A DNA stretch of 64,000 nucleotides, taken from contig CBDAOY010000009.1 of the NCBI GenBank assembly GCA_965198225.1, positions 1 through 64,000 of the forward strand. The letters are read 5' to 3'. The notes beneath the pieces are model-generated. The model was given only the letters and a program-made list of their open reading frames with translations. It was not told the DNA's origin and did not search any database. Numbering within the stretch: position 1 is the stretch's first letter; each line of letters opens with the position of its first letter. This stretch comes from Terriglobia bacterium (GTDB lineage Bacteria > Acidobacteriota > Terriglobia > 20CM-2-55-15). The position numbers were made by a program, and so were the translations under genes. Below, one piece after another: positions 62,396 to 64,000 of the stretch.

Positions 62396-63043
62396 CTAGA
62401 GCAGTTGTTTGAGGTCCGCAGGCCGTTCGAGCCAGTACTCCGGTTCGTGAGGCTCCAGACTGTCCCGGGAGAAAGGCCCCCACATCGCGGCGGCCAGTCG
62501 CACCCTGGCCGCTCGACCCGATGCCATGTCGTGCGGGGAATCTCCGACGAACGTGGCTGCCTCGGGGCCCACGCCCAGCTGCTCCAGCGCCATCAAAACG
62601 GGTTCCGGGTGGGGTTTCGGGTTCTCGACATCGTCGGCTCCGATCAGCACGTCGAACATTCCGTCGTAGCCACCGATGGACAACCCCCGCTCCAGGCTTC
62701 CATGCATCTTGCTGGTGACTACCCCGAGCCTGAAGCCGGCTTCGCCGAGGGACCGAACGGCGTCGCAGACACCCGGGTAATGCTCGACCAGGTCGTCATG
62801 ATGTTTCAGGTTGTAGTCGACGTAGGTCGAGATCAGCTGTTGAATCTCATCGGCCTTCTCGGTGAATCTCCGGAACTGAACGCGGAGGGGAGTGCCGAGC
62901 ATCTCGAGCCATGCTTCATCGCTGATTGAAGGAAGCCCGTGCGTAGCGGTCGTGTGATGAAAGCTCTTGAGGATCAGGTCGACCGAGTCGATCAGCGTGC
63001 CGTCGAGGTCGAAAAGGATGGCGCGGTCCGGGGCCGGGGGCAT
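62396..63043 (-). CDS. HAD-IA hydrolase (PpaX/phosphoglycolate phosphatase-like)
   Basis: LFDLDGTLIDS, VVTSK, KPHPEP, FVGDSPHD. Confidence 0.93.
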   Translation of the reverse strand: MPPAPDRAILFDLDGTLIDSVDLILKSFHHTTATHGLPSISDEAWLEMLGTPLRVQFRRFTEKADEIQQLISTYVDYNLKHHDDLVEHYPGVCDAVRSLGEAGFRLGVVTSKMHGSLERGLSIGGYDGMFDVLIGADDVENPKPHPEPVLMALEQLGVGPEAATFVGDSPHDMASGRAARVRLAAAMWGPFSRDSLEPHEPEYWLERPADLKQLL

Positions 63044-63188
63044 GGCCTGAGTATAGCGCGACGTCAGTTTCCGATCCGAACCGCCCGGGAGTAGCCCACA
63101 ATCGGCTCCCACCGGGTACCCGTCGAGACGTTCTTTCGCATCATGACTCCTTTTCTCGTTTGGTCCAAACAGACTAACCGATCCGCGT

Positions 63189-63422
63189 TTGACCGACGAC
63201 AAAGCCGTTCACTATGATGTCGGGAAGGAGCGGATCGTGCCCTGCAAGTGTGTACAGATCAGCAAAGTCCCGCTGCCCGGCAAGGTTGTCGCCTACCAGT
63301 ACACCTTCAAGTGCACGATGAGTGACGGCCGCACCAGAAAAGCCACCCTTGTCGAATCCGACGACAAGCGCGCAAAGATGATCGCGGAGATCAAGGTCGG
63401 CCAGGCGTTGTCGAACGGGTAG
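63189..63422 (+). CDS. small hypothetical protein
   Basis: Protein-like composition; start uncertain. Confidence 0.45.
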   Translation: MTDDKAVHYDVGKERIVPCKCVQISKVPLPGKVVAYQYTFKCTMSDGRTRKATLVESDDKRAKMIAEIKVGQALSNG

Positions 63423-63519
63423 AAAAGTTCGTCAAGCGGAACGATCCGCGAGAGAGCCACTGAGAGGGGGGCAGGGGCCTGGCCCTGTCCCCGGGTGTTG
63501 ACAAAGCAGAAACCTGAAA

Positions 63520-63752
63520 CTCCCCTCCTTGGATAAGGAGGGGTGGATGCACCGCAGGTGCAGACGGGGTGGTTTGACAACGCCGGGGTGGATGCACCGC
63601 AGGCGCAGACGGGGTGGTTCGACAACTCCGGTGGATGCGCCGAATCAGACGGGGTGGTTTGATAACTCGGGGTGGATGCGCCGAAGGCGCATTTCTCTTG
63701 ATCAACACCACCCCGGCGCTTCGCGCCACCCCTCCTCATCTGAGGAGGGGAG
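63520..63752. repeat. REP-like palindromic element with internal ~40-45 bp tandem repeats
   Basis: CTCCCCTCCT..AGGAGGGG hairpins at both ends; GGTGGATGC(A/G)CCG...CAGACGGGGTGGTT(T/C)GA(C/T)AAC repeated three times plus a partial copy. Confidence 0.8.
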
Positions 63753-63860
63753 TTTGGAGGACTCCAATCTACAAAGCCTTCAATCCAGGGATAATCGGGC
63801 CATGATAGCGGCGACGCAATTCGCCGCGAATTGCTGGAGGCCGCCTCCCACGCTTTGCCG

Positions 63861-64000
63861 TCACGGCCGAACCAGGCGACCCAGGGGGGGCGTAGGCCCT
63901 TGTGCTGGACGGTACTCGAAGCCCAGCTCCCGCAGGTTGTTGATCATGGCTTCGTTGGCCGGCCCGAAAGTGCTGAACCGGTCTCCTTTGGCCGGGGCCG
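63861..64000 (-). CDS. 3' end of a gene running off the window
   Basis: Open frame ...STFGPANEAMINNLRELGFEY...RLVRP* ends at 63861. Confidence 0.5.
   Translation of the reverse strand, partial: APAKGDRFSTFGPANEAMINNLRELGFEYRPAQGPTPPLGRLVRP

Noticed and set aside
63540-63700. Possible CRISPR or TIGR array
   Set aside because: Units are contiguous degenerate tandem copies without unique spacers, and no cas or Nop-domain gene is nearby

Overview
GC-rich bacterial chromosome segment, most likely from an Acidobacterium (PadR + ADOP permease pair, acidobacterial-type NHL protein); this assignment is an inference. Housekeeping genes flank the window: nfeD-SPFH on the left; tRNA-Leu, rnr, a CAT-anticodon tRNA, padR-ADOP, ArsR/MarR modules and a HAD hydrolase on the right. 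Between them (~1.7-51.5 kb) lies a heavily decayed accessory region ending in a tyrosine integrase beside the 3' end of tRNA-Leu(CAG). It carries a conjugation/replication remnant (VirD4-like, VirB11-like, nuclease, SSB-like, RepA fragment, Xis, Int). It also holds six IS elements (2x IS1182, IS5, IS1380, IS21, IS3), two internally deleted Tn3-family elements plus an orphan Tn3 end, and group II intron fragments, including stacked 3' ends. Defence-type genes are numerous: an hsdR remnant followed by a SNF2 helicase and an actin/Hsp70-fold gene, GNAT and AbiE toxin-antitoxin pairs, an IS21-split NACHT NTPase, and PD-(D/E)XK and HNH nucleases. Two genes can be rebuilt exactly in frame by removing IS elements plus one target-site duplication (TSD). 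The best candidates for undescribed systems are the SNF2 + actin-fold ATPase pair, the NACHT-pentapeptide protein and a ~690-aa beta-rich orphan. No CRISPR array or rRNA was seen.
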